A stretch of 64,000 bases of DNA from Smithellaceae bacterium (GCA_963667845.2 CAXXVL010000002.1:1664001-1728000); one strand, 5' to 3'; counted from the first letter of the stretch, positions 1-11,556 are shown. A program made the numbers and translations. Notes: generated by a model from the sequence alone, not told the origin.

Positions 1-352
1 CCTCAAACAGCAGGATCTCTACTTCGATATTGTCGGTCATGTAATTGATGGCATCGTCGACCTGTGCTTCCGTCAGATAAACCTGTTCATAGTTTTCATT
101 ATCCATGAAACAGTATTTATCGCCCTCCTTATAAAGATACTGCATTTTCTTCTCGCGTAGGTCTGCCGGTTCAAACATGTCCACGGAACGGAACGTGCGT
201 TCGAACTGGTTGCCGTTGATCATGTTTTTAAGCTTGGTGCGATACAGAGCCTGGCCTTTGCCGGGTTTCACAAAATTGAATTCGGTGATTACATAGGGAT
301 CACCGTCGATTTTAAGGCGCAGACCTTTTCTTAAATCACTTGCCGTGTACAT
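1..352 (-). CDS. efp: Elongation factor P (5' part; runs off window)
   Basis: Manual translation from ATG at 352: MYTASDLRKGLRLKIDGDPYVITEFNFVKPGKGQALYRTKLKN..., with the PGKG loop; GAGGAG RBS upstream. Confidence 0.95.
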   Translation of the reverse strand, partial: MYTASDLRKGLRLKIDGDPYVITEFNFVKPGKGQALYRTKLKNMINGNQFERTFRSVDMFEPADLREKKMQYLYKEGDKYCFMDNENYEQVYLTEAQVDDAINYMTDNIEVEILLFE

Positions 353-419
353 AAAACGTATTTCTCCTCATCCTTTAATATTGTCAGGATTTATTTTGAC
401 GCCTTTCCTAATCCAAATA

Positions 420-1508
420 TTAAAAAAAGTCAAAGAAATCTTGATGTTTTCGCAAATCATTTTTTATTGACGCCGACATGGCCAGAAGCGGAGTTTTTCC
501 CGCGGAGCCGGGCAGGTCGGCCACATATTGCGGCAGCGCCAGTCCGGAGCAATGCCTGCGCAACCCTTCCATCATGGTCAGTCCCGATTTGACTTCCGTG
601 CGGAAATGAGTGCAGCCTTTGACGGGTTCGCAGTGAAAAAGATAATAGGGGCGTACCGATGCCTTTTGTAATCCGTAGAGCAGACGTTTCATTACGTCCG
701 GAGAATCATTGATCCCTTTGAGCAGGACCGACTGATTGGAAACCGGAATGCCCGCTTCCTGAAGCATATCGCATGCGCGCGCGGATTCCGGTGTAATTTC
801 CGCCGGGTGATTGAACTGCGTATTGAACCACAGGGGCCGGCAGCGCTTCAGGATCCGGCAGAGATTGTTTGTGATCCGCATGGGCAGTACAACGGGCATG
901 CGGCTGCCGATGCGCAACACCTCCACATGCGGTATGGCGGCAAAGGCTTTAAGAATCATCTCCAGCTTTTCATCATCGTACGTGAGGGGATCACCGCCGG
1001 ACAGAATGACTTCCCGAACCTGAGGGGAGTCCGAAACATAACGGACCATCTTTTTCAGACGGCCGGCAAGCGAAGAGGCGTCACGGGTTTTCCAGTGCCG
1101 CTTGCGATTGCAGTGCCGGCAGTAGGTTGCACATGTTTTTGTCACAAGGGCCAGAACCCGGTCGGGATAGCGATGGAGCAGTTTCGGCGCCGGCATGAAG
1201 CTGTCTTCATTGAGCGGATCCGCCGGGCAGTCAGGGGCAAGGGAAATTTCCCGCAGATCCGGAATACACTGCAAGGCCAGAGGGTCGTTGGGATCGTCAA
1301 AGTGAATCAAGGATAGATAGTAGGGCGTAACCGCCATGGGATAAATGCCCAGTACCTGACGCATCTTTTCAACGTCGGTCACGGGCCTGTCCGACATTCC
1401 GGCCAGCCCGGCAATCGATGTGACGCGGTTCTTAAATTGCCAGTGCCAATCCAGCCAATTCTGACGGGACGCATCCGGAAAACAAGAAAGCATTTTTTTC
1501 TTATCCAT
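420..1508 (-). CDS. KamA/EpmB-family lysine 2,3-aminomutase-like radical SAM protein
   Basis: WxDWxWQ N-terminus, LLHRYPDR, CATYCRHC, SGGDP, NQSVLLKGIND, PYYL; directly upstream of efp, so EpmB-like role likely. Confidence 0.88.
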   Translation of the reverse strand: MDKKKMLSCFPDASRQNWLDWHWQFKNRVTSIAGLAGMSDRPVTDVEKMRQVLGIYPMAVTPYYLSLIHFDDPNDPLALQCIPDLREISLAPDCPADPLNEDSFMPAPKLLHRYPDRVLALVTKTCATYCRHCNRKRHWKTRDASSLAGRLKKMVRYVSDSPQVREVILSGGDPLTYDDEKLEMILKAFAAIPHVEVLRIGSRMPVVLPMRITNNLCRILKRCRPLWFNTQFNHPAEITPESARACDMLQEAGIPVSNQSVLLKGINDSPDVMKRLLYGLQKASVRPYYLFHCEPVKGCTHFRTEVKSGLTMMEGLRRHCSGLALPQYVADLPGSAGKTPLLAMSASIKNDLRKHQDFFDFF

Positions 1509-1658
1509 AACATTTTAGACCATTTGCGGCAGGTGTCGTATCACAATTTCCCGCCCGTGCAAAGGAAATCCATAAGCTGCCAAAACCTAAAAAAAAGGAG
1601 AATTTGGTAAGCGGTCATGATATGCAAGAGCAGATATCTGCAATCGGAGGGATTCCCG

Positions 1659-2636
1659 GTGGTCTCTATACAGGAACGTAAAGAACGGGTGGCAATTTTG
1701 TCGGTCGCGTCGAATTCGACACTGGTTGTTTTTAAAATCATTGTCGGCGCTCTGATCGGGTCAGTGTCGATTATTTCGGAAGCGATTCATTCGGGTATGG
1801 ATTTACTGGCGGCGATCATTGCAATGGTCTCGGTTAAGAAATCGCACCTTCCGGCAGATGAGGTTCATCCTTTCGGACACGGCAAAGTTGAAAGCATCTC
1901 CGGATTGATCGAAGCGGTCTTGATTTTCCTTGCAGCGTTCTGGATCATTTTCGAGGCGCTCAAAAAACTGGCATCTGCGCAGGAAGTAGAATCGCCCGGA
2001 TGGGGCGTTGCCGTGATGTTCTTATCCGCCGTCCTTAATTTTTTTGTCTCTCAGAGGCTTTTTGCCGTCGGAAAAGAAGCCGATTCCATCGCTCTGACGG
2101 CGGATGCCTGGCATTTGCGGACCGACGTTTTCACATCCGTTGGCGTTATGATCAGCCTGTCTATCATCTGGATCAGCCATTTCTTTTTTGTTGATCCGCG
2201 TATTCACTGGCTGGATCCGGTCGCGGCGATATTCGTGGCCACATTTATCCTGAAGGCGGCCTATGATTTGACCTCGCAGGCGCTCGGCGATCTGATGGAC
2301 GTGAAGTTGCCGCCGGATGAAGAGGAATGGATCCGCGAGGTGATCGCAAATCGCAAGCCGGAGATCCATGGGTATCACCAGCTAAAGACACGCAAGGCGG
2401 GCAATTTCCGGTTCATCGAATTTCACATTAAAGTTGATCCGCAGATGACGGTAGAGGCGTCGCATGGTATTACCCGTGAACTCAAACACGTAATTATGGA
2501 TAAACTTCCGGCCGCTGCCGTTACCATTCACGTGGAACCCTGTGATGGGAACTGCACGGAAGTCTGCCTGTCCGGCTGTCTGCTGCTTCATCGGCATAGC
2601 GGCATGTCCGCGCAAGGGGACGGAAAAGCCGTATAG
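1659..2636 (+). CDS. Cation diffusion facilitator (FieF-like) transporter
   Basis: HSGMD and HLRTD metal-site motifs, HPFGHGK, C-terminal dimerisation domain (IHVEP); GTG start at 1659 with GGAGG at 1646-1650. Confidence 0.9.
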   Translation: MVSIQERKERVAILSVASNSTLVVFKIIVGALIGSVSIISEAIHSGMDLLAAIIAMVSVKKSHLPADEVHPFGHGKVESISGLIEAVLIFLAAFWIIFEALKKLASAQEVESPGWGVAVMFLSAVLNFFVSQRLFAVGKEADSIALTADAWHLRTDVFTSVGVMISLSIIWISHFFFVDPRIHWLDPVAAIFVATFILKAAYDLTSQALGDLMDVKLPPDEEEWIREVIANRKPEIHGYHQLKTRKAGNFRFIEFHIKVDPQMTVEASHGITRELKHVIMDKLPAAAVTIHVEPCDGNCTEVCLSGCLLLHRHSGMSAQGDGKAV

Positions 2637-2841
2637 CAAAAATATCGTGCACAATGATTGCGCCGGAAGCGACCCCTGGCTGCCGTCGAGGCCCAGATCG
2701 GGAGGCTCTTTTTTGCTAACTCCGGGGGTGTGAATCTCTTTGCCGTGCCGGGTATTTTGCCCATGCCAGAGAAGGAAGGCTCTGCAAAATCGGCAGAAAT
2801 AACTTCAGGATAAAATCGATCTTATTCTTGTTTTTCAATCA

Positions 2842-2870
2842 TTGACAATATGACCCATCTATACTATTAA
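2842..2870 (+). promoter_or_regulatory. sigma70-type promoter
   Basis: TTGACA-17 nt-TATTAA upstream of the 2905 ORF. Confidence 0.55.
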
Positions 2871-2904
2871 GGTGCAAAATTAATTTTAAAGAGAGGAGTA
2901 CGCT

Positions 2905-3525
2905 ATGAAGAAATCAAATGTTTTGATGCGTCGTTTTGTCTTGTCGGTTTCAGGGGTGTTTCTGATAGCACTGGTGATGGGTTGCAGCTCTTTGAATTCG
3001 AGCGTAAGCAGTGCGCCGGGTGCTTTAAAGGGCGTTTTTATGGATGGGCCGGTTGGCGGACTGAACTATTCTACCCCGACGCTTAAAGGCGTAACCAAAG
3101 CAGATGGTATCTTTGAATATAAGGCGGGTGAAACCGTTACTTTTTCGGTAGGCACTCTGGTGCTGGGTTCCACGGCCGGAAAGCCGGTGGTTACACCTCT
3201 GGATATCGTCCCCGCCGCGAAAGATGTTAAGGATCAGCGCGTTGTGAATATCTGCGTTTTGCTGCAGACACTTGATCAGAACGGGGATTCTGCCGACGGC
3301 CTTATGATTACCGAAAAAACGGCATCGTTCGTGTCCCAGTACGGGAAAGACATCAATTTTGATAAGCCGGTACGCGCCTTTTCTTTTGATGCAGGTCTGC
3401 GCAGCGTGATGGCCGAGCTGAATAACGTCGATGCATTCGGCGACATGCCCAGAGCCGTGAAACCTCCGACTGTGGCGCAGAAGCACCTGGAAGCGACACT
3501 CGCGGATCTGGCGAAAAAGAAGTAA
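2905..3525 (+). CDS. Hypothetical lipoprotein (resembles the N-terminal module of adhesin-like lipoproteins)
   Basis: AGGAG RBS, signal peptide with lipobox VMG-C, DGPVGGLNY...GETVTFSVG segment. Confidence 0.7.
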   Translation: MKKSNVLMRRFVLSVSGVFLIALVMGCSSLNSSVSSAPGALKGVFMDGPVGGLNYSTPTLKGVTKADGIFEYKAGETVTFSVGTLVLGSTAGKPVVTPLDIVPAAKDVKDQRVVNICVLLQTLDQNGDSADGLMITEKTASFVSQYGKDINFDKPVRAFSFDAGLRSVMAELNNVDAFGDMPRAVKPPTVAQKHLEATLADLAKKK

Positions 3526-3566
3526 TTAGCAGACATCCGTAAGCCATCTTCTCCAATACATTATTT

Positions 3567-3596
3567 GAGGGCTTTTGCCGCAAGGTGAAAGCCCTC
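3567..3596 (+). terminator. Probable intrinsic terminator hairpin
   Basis: GAGGGCTTT...AAAGCCCTC stem followed by TTGTTT, 40 nt after the stop codon. Confidence 0.6.
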
Positions 3597-3959
3597 TTGT
3601 TTATGATCAGGACCCCGGCGATCTTGTCGATTAGCGGGCAACCCTGCTGAAGCACTACTCTGATTGATGATCTTCTCCTGATGAAGAGAGCTATGGCGGC
3701 ACCTTGCAGACGCCACGGTTTCCCGGTTCATTTATGCCGGAATGATATTCAGATTGTTAAATCAGCGGCTTTCCGCGGCATTCCGTGTCGCAGGTGCTTG
3801 AGCTCTTTCGTAACCCGTGTCCTCTTGAATAACGGCGCGCGAAGATAATCCCCCCTTTTTGCCGTCGGAATTCATATCGCCAAAGTCTGCGGCTTCAATA
3901 CATATGTGTCAGCGGTGAAAAAATATCGTTCTTAATTCTCTTCGGAAGTGAACATAACC

Positions 3960-6661
3960 ATGAGAGACGACGGAAAAACAAAAGCACAGCTGATTACGGA
4001 ACTTACGTCCCTGCGCCTGCAATATGAAAAAATCAAGGAGCAGGAGGCGAAACTTCGGGCAAGCGAGGAGCGATACAGGAACTTTGTGGAAAATGCCGTT
4101 GCCGGCTGTGCGGAGTACGACCTGAAAGGCCGATGCACCTTCTGTAATGAAGCGGCGTGTGCCCTGGTCGGTTTGACCCGGGAAGAGGCGGATAGGGCCA
4201 GGGATGCCGTGAGAAAAATCCAACGGACCGGCAAAACGGTCAATTTGATCTTTACCCATCTTGTCTGTAAAGACGGCACGACCAAAGTCGTCGAAGCGTC
4301 CATTTCACTGATCCGCGATGCGCAGGGGAAGGCAACGGGGTTTCGGAGTATTACCCGTGATCTGACCGATTGGAAAAAAATTGAAGAAGAACGCGAACGC
4401 TACCGGACCTTCGTGGATAATATTGACGACGGCTGTTATGAGTTTGATCTGGAGGGAAACATCATTTTCTGCAATGAAGGCCTGCCGCGAATCTTCGGTT
4501 ATTCCCGCGAAGAATTTCTAAAACTGGACCGATGGAAAAGACACATTAATCGTGAATACGGCAGACGGGTATTCCGCCTTTATGACCGGATGTATAAAAA
4601 TAATGTCTCTTCCAGCATGCTGGAATACAAGATCCTGCGCAGTGATGCGCAAATTCGCGACTATGAGGCTTCCGTTTCGATCATCCGGAATCAGGTGGGT
4701 CAGGTCATCGGTTACCGCGGTATCGGCCGCGATATCACTCAGCGGAAGAAGATGGAACATGAGCAGCAGCGCTATCGCGAATTTTTTGAAAATGTGGATG
4801 ATGTCTGCGCCGAGTATGATCTGAAAGGCAAGTGCACGTTCTGCAATCAGGCGACCGTTCGGGTTTTCGGCTATTCCAGGGAGGAGCTGATGCGGCTCCG
4901 CCATCATGAACGCTTCCCCAACAAGCAGGAGGCGGAAAAAGTCTTTAACGCCTTTCACGAAATCTACGTTAAGAGGTTGCCCGTTAATATTGTGGTTGCC
5001 GAATTTCTCTGCAAAGACGGCAAAATCAAATCGCTGGAAGCGGCGATGTCGCTGATTCGGGATGCCGACGGCAATCCGATCGGTTTTCGCAGCATCGGCC
5101 GCGATGTGACCGAACGCCGCACGATGGAGCAGGAACTGGCGCGTTATCGTGATTTCATGGAAAGTATCGAAGATTCCTGCGCGGAGTTTGATCTGCGCGG
5201 CCGGTGTACATTCTGCAATGAGGCGGCACACCGGATGCTGGGGTATTCCCGCAAGGAATATTTGCAGTTGCATCATCGTCAGCGTTTCGCCGGTCCGGAA
5301 GATATCCGGCAAGTTTTCGCTACATTTAATGAACTTTACCGGACAGGCGATCCGGCGAAAATTTATACGGTGAACGTATGGTGCAAGGACGGCTCGACCA
5401 AGGCGATCGAATCCATCGTGACGCTGATCCGTGATGCCCGGGGGAACGTGGTGGGTTTCCGCAATATCGGACGGGATATGACGGCGCGGAAGAAAATGGA
5501 GGAGGAGCAGGATCGTTTGCGCGAACAACTGAGCCAGGCGAGAAAAATGGAAGCCATCGGCACCCTGGCTGGCGGTGTCGCACACGATTTTAACAACCTG
5601 TTGATGGGGATTCAGGGCTATACCTCTTTGATGCTGCTCGATACCGATCCGGAGCATCCGCATTTCACGCGGCTCAAGGCCATCGAATCTCATGTCCGCA
5701 GCGGTGCGGATTTAACCCGGCAGCTTCTGGGATATGCCCGCGGCGGACGTTATGAAGTCAAACCGGTCAACCTCAATGATATCGTCGAGAAGTCGGCGGT
5801 TATGTTCGGCAGGACCAAGAAAGAAATCATCATCGAGCAGGATCTGGCCGAAGACCTCTGGATTGTAGATGCGGATCGCGGTCAGATGGAGCAGGTTCTG
5901 CTGAACCTCCTGGTCAATGCGTGGCACGCCATGCCCGGCGGAGGGGAAATTTTCATCAGGACCAGGAACGTTGTGCTGGAAAGGTCTCATGTCCGAAGCC
6001 TGGATGTCGGTCCGGGACCTTATGTGAAACTCACCGTCAAGGACACGGGGTGGGGATGGACGAGATAACCCGGGAACGGCTTTTTGAACCTTTTTTTACG
6101 ACGAAGGAAATGGGCATGATCCGGGGCACCGGCCTGGGGCTGGCTTCAGTTTACGGCATCGTCAAGGGGCATCAGGGTGCGATCAACGTCCAAAGTGAAA
6201 GAGGAAAAGGTGCGACCTTCAATATTTATTTTCCGGCCTCTTTCAAGGAGGTTATTTGTGAACCACAGCCGAAAAAGATAACAAAGCTCGGCCGGGAAAC
6301 GATTTTGCTCGCGGATGATGAAGCGAACATAACGGAAGTGATCGGAGCCATGATCGAGGAGCTGGGATATCAATTGCTGACGGCGGGGAGCGGAGAAGAG
6401 GCCGTGGATGTTTACCTCGCAAATTCCGGACGGATCGATCTGGTCATCATGGACATGATCATGCCGGGCCTCTCCGGCGGAGCGGCTATCGACGCCATCC
6501 GGACGGAAAATCCCGAGGCCCGAATCATCCTGTCCAGCGGGTACAGCCTCGACGGGGAGGCACAGGAGATCCTGAGCCGGGGCGGGAACATCAGCTTTAT
6601 ACAAAAACCATTTGAGCTGACCGATTTGTCGCAAAAGATCCGGGAAGCCCTGGATTCTTAG
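3960..6661 (+). pseudogene. 4xPAS hybrid sensor histidine kinase/response regulator, frameshifted at ~6047-6055
   Basis: Four PAS repeats, H-box AHDFNNLL, N-box NLLVNA; G1 box DTG(V)GMD is split between the 3948-6068 and 5921-6661 ORFs; then EPFFTTK, GTGLGL and a receiver domain. True pseudogene vs assembly indel is unresolved. Confidence 0.85.
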
Positions 6662-6686
6662 CGCCGGTGATTTGCAGGACTGTCTC

Positions 6687-7643
6687 CTACCGGCCCTTAT
6701 AGAGGTATCGCTCAAAGAAGCGATTGTAGGCCGTCCAGTCGGAATCGGCATTGGCGGCATCGGCGGCGACAAAGCTTTGAAAGGCATTGAGCTTGGCGTC
6801 GAGATCGTCCATGAAGTGAATGACCAGCGCTTCCATGGTTTTCGGACGCTTGGGAGATCCGTACTCAAATTCACCGTGATGGCTCAAAATGACGTGACGC
6901 AGCTCAAGAGCCGTCTTTGGCGGGAAATCGGCAATCGCCTCAATTTTTTTGTTGATCATTTCCACTCCCATGACCAGGTGACCGATCATCCGGCCTTCAT
7001 CGCTGTATTCGATCAAGCTGTCATAAGAGAATTCGTAAATCTTGCCGATATCATGCAGCATGCCTCCGGCGATCAGCATGTCGCGGTTGAGGTGGGGATA
7101 ATGCTCGGCTGCCCGGTCGAGTAATCGGACAACCGAAAGCGTATGTTCCAGAAGTCCTCCCAGATAGATGTGATGAAACCCCTTGGCCGCAGGCGCGCGC
7201 CGGAAAAGTTCAGCCGTTTTATCATCATGAAAGAAGGCGGCAAGAAGTTTCCGCACGGGCTCTGACGAAAGGGTATCGATGTAGGCAGTCAAGTCCCGAA
7301 ACATCGCCGCCGTGTCTATTTTACTGACCGGCAGAAAATCCGCCGGATCAACGTCCTCGGGCGCACAAGGCTTAATCGTGACAATCGATATCTGCAGCGT
7401 GTTGCGATAACTGAGAACCCGGCCCTCGATGAAGATGATGTCACCTTTCTTAAAGATGCGATCGAGGTCCACGGCATTGTCCCAGACCTTGCCGTCGATT
7501 TCGCCCGTTTTGTCTTTGAGGCGCACATTCAAGTAGGCTGATCCTTTCTGGGAGAAGGCCATGTTTTTCTCCGCCACCAGAAATGATGAAGCGATTTTGT
7601 CGCCCTGCTTGATGTCCTGAAGATAGATTTCCTTTTTTTTCAA
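6687..7643 (-). CDS. OB-fold + HD domain protein, YhaM/Cbf1-like 3'-5' exoribonuclease
   Basis: OB fold (YLNVRLKDKTGEIDGKVW), APAAKGFHH..GGLLEH, LHDIGK, SHHG, DDLDAK. Confidence 0.88.
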   Translation of the reverse strand: MKKKEIYLQDIKQGDKIASSFLVAEKNMAFSQKGSAYLNVRLKDKTGEIDGKVWDNAVDLDRIFKKGDIIFIEGRVLSYRNTLQISIVTIKPCAPEDVDPADFLPVSKIDTAAMFRDLTAYIDTLSSEPVRKLLAAFFHDDKTAELFRRAPAAKGFHHIYLGGLLEHTLSVVRLLDRAAEHYPHLNRDMLIAGGMLHDIGKIYEFSYDSLIEYSDEGRMIGHLVMGVEMINKKIEAIADFPPKTALELRHVILSHHGEFEYGSPKRPKTMEALVIHFMDDLDAKLNAFQSFVAADAANADSDWTAYNRFFERYLYKGR

Positions 7644-7683
7644 ATGAACCGCCTTTCTGTATGATCCGTTTCGATTGTTCGTA

Positions 7684-9597
7684 TCAGATTTTTTCCCGGA
7701 GGATCCGGTGATCTCCCACGCGCACCGTCAGCTTGCTCGCATCAAAATATTCCATGAGCGGGATGATAAATTTGCGCGATAAGCCGGTCAAATCCTTAAA
7801 AGATGCCGGCGTCGCCTGACCGTCCCGGATCAGCTGCGCTTTGTATTCGTCGCGCAATTTCTCCAGCGCGGCGCGCGCGAAACACAGATCTTCGTTGATC
7901 TTGATCAGTTCCCCGTCTTTGAGCATCAACTTGACGATGGTCTGGGCTTTGGCCTTCTGATCTTTAAAAGGACTCAGGACGTCGGAAAGAGACGGCGGCG
8001 CGAGCCCGGCCTGCGCGTAGGTCGCTGCAATGGACTGATGCAAAGCGTCTTCGTCAACCGCCAGCTGCACGTGATGGGAAGCCAGGCGGATATTGTCCTT
8101 ATCGCTCACGATGATTTCCTTTTTGCCGAGGCCGGTAAGAACCATGTTAAAGAGCTTGACCGATACCGTATCGGCAAGTGCGGCTTTGAGTTCCTCCTTG
8201 GAGATTCCCGCCGTTAGAGGATTCTTCTGATGATAGTCGGCAAGACTGCTGGTAATCAGTTCTTCGAGTTGCGTATACAAGCGGGCGGATAAAGACGTTG
8301 CCTCCTCGCTCGAAAGGAGGATAGCCTGATGGCTGGAAAATAATTTCTCCAAAGCGTCGCGAACTTTTTTCACATGGACGCCCGTTCGAAGAGCGAGCGC
8401 CCGGCTCGTAATGCCGCCGAAGCCGGCGCGATCCAGGAGAACCGGGATCTTCTGAGCCAGCGTACCGTCGCGCAGGATCTGCAAGTCCTCCAGGATCTTC
8501 TTGTTCTTTCTTTTGTGTTTGCCGGGCTGGGGGTCGAGAATGAGGCCGCCGCCGATGGTAGTTACCGGCGAGTAGCTGCGCAATACGAAATGATCGCCCG
8601 CGACCACAACATCTTCACTCGCCAGATTAAGCTGGGCAAAGCATTTTTGACCGGGCGACAGCTCATCCGCTTCCAGAAGGACCATGCGTGTCATGATTTC
8701 CGTTGCGCCGGTGTGCAGGCGGACCAGTGCCCTGTTTTTAAGTTTCCGCGTATTGGCGTCCAGGTATTCGAAATAAACATCCAGCCTTTGGGTAGGCCAG
8801 ACGGTCTGCGGGCGCACCAGAACGTTGCCCCGTTCAAGGGTTGATTTTTCAATGCCCTGCAGATTAATGGCGGTTCGCTGGCCGGAGAAAGCCTCCTCAA
8901 CCGGTGCGTTGTGCACCTGGATCCCCCGGATGCGCGCGGAGATGTTTTCCGGAAGAATCTGAATATCCTCACCCACCTTTATCCGGTCGGAAATCAGTGT
9001 GCCCGTCACCACCGTGCCGAACCCCTTCATCGTGAAGATCCTGTCGATCGGCAGGCGGAAAATACCGTCATCGACCTTTTCTGTCAACCTCGCGACGGTG
9101 TTATCCAGGCAGGTGAGCAATTCCTTGACGCCGGTTCCATTGACTGCTGAAACCGGCACGATGGGTGCTCCGGCGAGGAATGTCCCCTGCAGATAATCGG
9201 TAATTTCGGAACGCACCAGGTCTAGCCAGTCCGGTTCCACCAGGTCGGTCTTGGTCAGAGCGACAAGGCCGGTGGTAATTCCGAGCAGCGAGCAGATGTG
9301 CAGATGTTCCTTTGTTTGCGGCATGATGCCTTCGTCTGCGGCAATGACCATCAAAACAAGATCGATGCCCGCCGCGCCGGCGACCATGTGTTTAATGAAT
9401 TTTTCGTGACCGGGCACATCGACGATGCCGAGCGTCGGGCCGGAAGGAAGCCTAAGCGAGGCAAACCCGAGTTCAATCGTGATGCCCCGTTCTTTTTCCT
9501 CTTTGAGACGGTCCGTGTCGATGCCGGTCAGCGCTTTGACAAGCGACGTTTTTCCGTGATCCACGTGACCGGCTGTTCCCAAAACGAAGTGCTGCAT
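7684..9597 (-). CDS. selB: Selenocysteine-specific translation elongation factor
   Basis: [27 protein letters not shown]-terminal winged-helix region with [16 protein letters not shown] start at 9597. Confidence 0.96.
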   Translation of the reverse strand: MQHFVLGTAGHVDHGKTSLVKALTGIDTDRLKEEKERGITIELGFASLRLPSGPTLGIVDVPGHEKFIKHMVAGAAGIDLVLMVIAADEGIMPQTKEHLHICSLLGITTGLVALTKTDLVEPDWLDLVRSEITDYLQGTFLAGAPIVPVSAVNGTGVKELLTCLDNTVARLTEKVDDGIFRLPIDRIFTMKGFGTVVTGTLISDRIKVGEDIQILPENISARIRGIQVHNAPVEEAFSGQRTAINLQGIEKSTLERGNVLVRPQTVWPTQRLDVYFEYLDANTRKLKNRALVRLHTGATEIMTRMVLLEADELSPGQKCFAQLNLASEDVVVAGDHFVLRSYSPVTTIGGGLILDPQPGKHKRKNKKILEDLQILRDGTLAQKIPVLLDRAGFGGITSRALALRTGVHVKKVRDALEKLFSSHQAILLSSEEATSLSARLYTQLEELITSSLADYHQKNPLTAGISKEELKAALADTVSVKLFNMVLTGLGKKEIIVSDKDNIRLASHHVQLAVDEDALHQSIAATYAQAGLAPPSLSDVLSPFKDQKAKAQTIVKLMLKDGELIKINEDLCFARAALEKLRDEYKAQLIRDGQATPASFKDLTGLSRKFIIPLMEYFDASKLTVRVGDHRILREKI

Positions 9598-9759
9598 GTT
9601 TTTCCCCGCTATCTCTTTACCCGTGCTGGATTTGAAATAACAAACTCCCGGTAATTTCACAACACTATATTTCCTAAAGACGCGGGTTTTTTCGGGAAAG
9701 CTGACCGGGGGATTTAATTCTTGAAAATACGATTCGGAATTGTTAGATAGCAGACCAAA

Positions 9760-10188
9760 ATGAGGTGTCTTTTGCGCATCCTGGGTTTAGACTACGGCGA
9801 AAAAAGAATCGGTGCGGCCGTCTGTGATGAACTGGGCATGACCGCTCAGGGGCTCCCGACGCTGATCCGCAAAGCGAAAAAGTACGACCTGGAAATGCTG
9901 GGTCAATGGATTCGGAATTATGCGGTTGAGAAAATAGTGATCGGATATCCCCTGCGGCTGGATGGCTCCGAAGGCATACAGTGTGAGAAGGTTAACCGTT
10001 TCGCCGCTTTGCTGAATAAATCGTTTTCCCTGCCCGTGGTCAAATGGCCGGAGACGATGTCAACGAAAGAAGCTGAAGAGATTTTGATTTCGGCAGGTGT
10101 CCGCTGGCAAAAAAGAAAAGAAAAAGTTGACAGGCTGGCGGCTTGTCTGATTCTTCAAAGCTATCTGGACTCAGCCGATAAGCCATAA
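9760..10188 (+). CDS. ruvX: YqgF/RuvX pre-16S rRNA nuclease
   Basis: ILGLDYGEKRIGAAVCD, IVIGYP, VDRLAACLILQSYLD. Confidence 0.92.
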   Translation: MRCLLRILGLDYGEKRIGAAVCDELGMTAQGLPTLIRKAKKYDLEMLGQWIRNYAVEKIVIGYPLRLDGSEGIQCEKVNRFAALLNKSFSLPVVKWPETMSTKEAEEILISAGVRWQKRKEKVDRLAACLILQSYLDSADKP

Positions 10189-10250
10189 ATTGGGCAGTTG
10201 AATCCTGCCTCTTGATATTCCGATCAAAGAATAATCACCTGTGATCACGT

Positions 10251-11270
10251 ATGAATGCAAAAATGAAAAGAATTCTGTCTTATAGCGTTTTGCTGCTCTG
10301 TATCGGAGCCGTCATTCTTTGCGCGTGCTTATTGATCTACGCCAGGAAGCCGATTGATACGGCGCAAAACGCCGCTGTCCTGGTCGATATCCCGACGGGC
10401 ACCAGTTTCATCAAGGTGACTGAAATACTCAGCAATGCCGGGCTGGTTGAAAACAGGTTTTTGTTTTGTACCCTGGTCTGGATTAAGAGAGGCACCCGGT
10501 CGATCCGCGCCGGCGAGTACGAGTTCGCCACGTCCATAACGCCTTTCGAAATGATCGACAAACTCATCCGCGGGGATATCAAAACGTATCGCGTGACGAT
10601 TCACGAGGACTACACGCTCAAGGAAGTTGCCGAGCGTCTTAAAGAATACAAGCTGGTCGATGAAAAAGTGTTTTTTGAATTGGCCGGAGATACTGCGTTT
10701 TTATCTTCGCTGGGCGTTGTGGGATCGTCCGCGGAAGGATATCTTTTTCCGGATACCTATTTTTTGAATCGGTCCATGAGTACAAAACAGATTATGCGCA
10801 TGATGGTAGATCGCTTCTGGAGTAAGATTTCAAAGGAGATGATGAATAAAGCGGCGGCCAAAGGATTGAACCCGAATCAATTTGTGACGTTCGCATCTCT
10901 CGTCGGAAAAGAATCGGGGAATACGGCTGAAAAGCCGATGATTGCCGCCGTCTTCTATAACCGGATGAAAAAGGGAATGCCGCTGCAGAGCGACCCCACG
11001 ACTGTCTATGATCTCAAGGATTTCAATGGGAAAGTTCTGCGAAGCCACTACAAAAGAGAATCTCCGTATAACACCTATGTCATAAAGGGATTGCCGCCGG
11101 GGCCCATCGCCAACCCGGGGCTGGACTCTTTTCAGGCAGTTCTCAATCCGGCGGATGCCGACTATCTCTATTTCGTATCCCAAAAAGACGGCACCCACTT
11201 TTTCTCATCATCCCTGGACGCTCATAATAGAGCCGTTCTCCGTTTCCGGAATGTCACAAGCCCTGAATAA
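10251..11270 (+). CDS. mltG: Endolytic transglycosylase MltG
   Basis: N-terminal TM helix, EGYLFPDTY, ASLVGKE, LQSDPT, SPYNTY, GLPPGPIANPG. Confidence 0.93.
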   Translation: MNAKMKRILSYSVLLLCIGAVILCACLLIYARKPIDTAQNAAVLVDIPTGTSFIKVTEILSNAGLVENRFLFCTLVWIKRGTRSIRAGEYEFATSITPFEMIDKLIRGDIKTYRVTIHEDYTLKEVAERLKEYKLVDEKVFFELAGDTAFLSSLGVVGSSAEGYLFPDTYFLNRSMSTKQIMRMMVDRFWSKISKEMMNKAAAKGLNPNQFVTFASLVGKESGNTAEKPMIAAVFYNRMKKGMPLQSDPTTVYDLKDFNGKVLRSHYKRESPYNTYVIKGLPPGPIANPGLDSFQAVLNPADADYLYFVSQKDGTHFFSSSLDAHNRAVLRFRNVTSPE

Positions 11271-11494
11271 TGCGGCTGCCCGACGAGCGGCAAATTTCGT
11301 CTTTTCTGCAATTCAATTTGAGTATCCGAAAACGCCAAATTTGGGCCTGCGCTGACTCAACCGGTGGCAGCGAAATGGTCGCCGAAGACACCCCCGGAAG
11401 TCTCCTTTCCGAAACGCCTGTCCGGACCAAAGAACATTTCCCGAATTCCCAGTGATTTTAAGTTAGTTGATTGGGAAAAAGATTCATTTTTCCC

Positions 11495-11523
11495 TTGACA
11501 AAGCTATTTTCCCTCTTTATAGT
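11495..11523 (+). promoter_or_regulatory. sigma70 promoter of the dcw cluster
   Basis: TTGACA-17 nt-TATAGT. Confidence 0.75.
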
Positions 11524-11530
11524 TAGCCAC

Positions 11531-11556
11531 GTGGAGTAAAGTGGATAAATGTGGAG
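11531..11556 (+). promoter_or_regulatory. MraZ-binding direct repeats
   Basis: GTGGAG/GTGGAT/GTGGAG at exact 10-nt period between the promoter and mraZ. Confidence 0.75.

Noticed and set aside
11271..11490. Possible ncRNA between mltG and mraZ
   Set aside because: No tRNA, tmRNA, rnpB or riboswitch motif was recognised.
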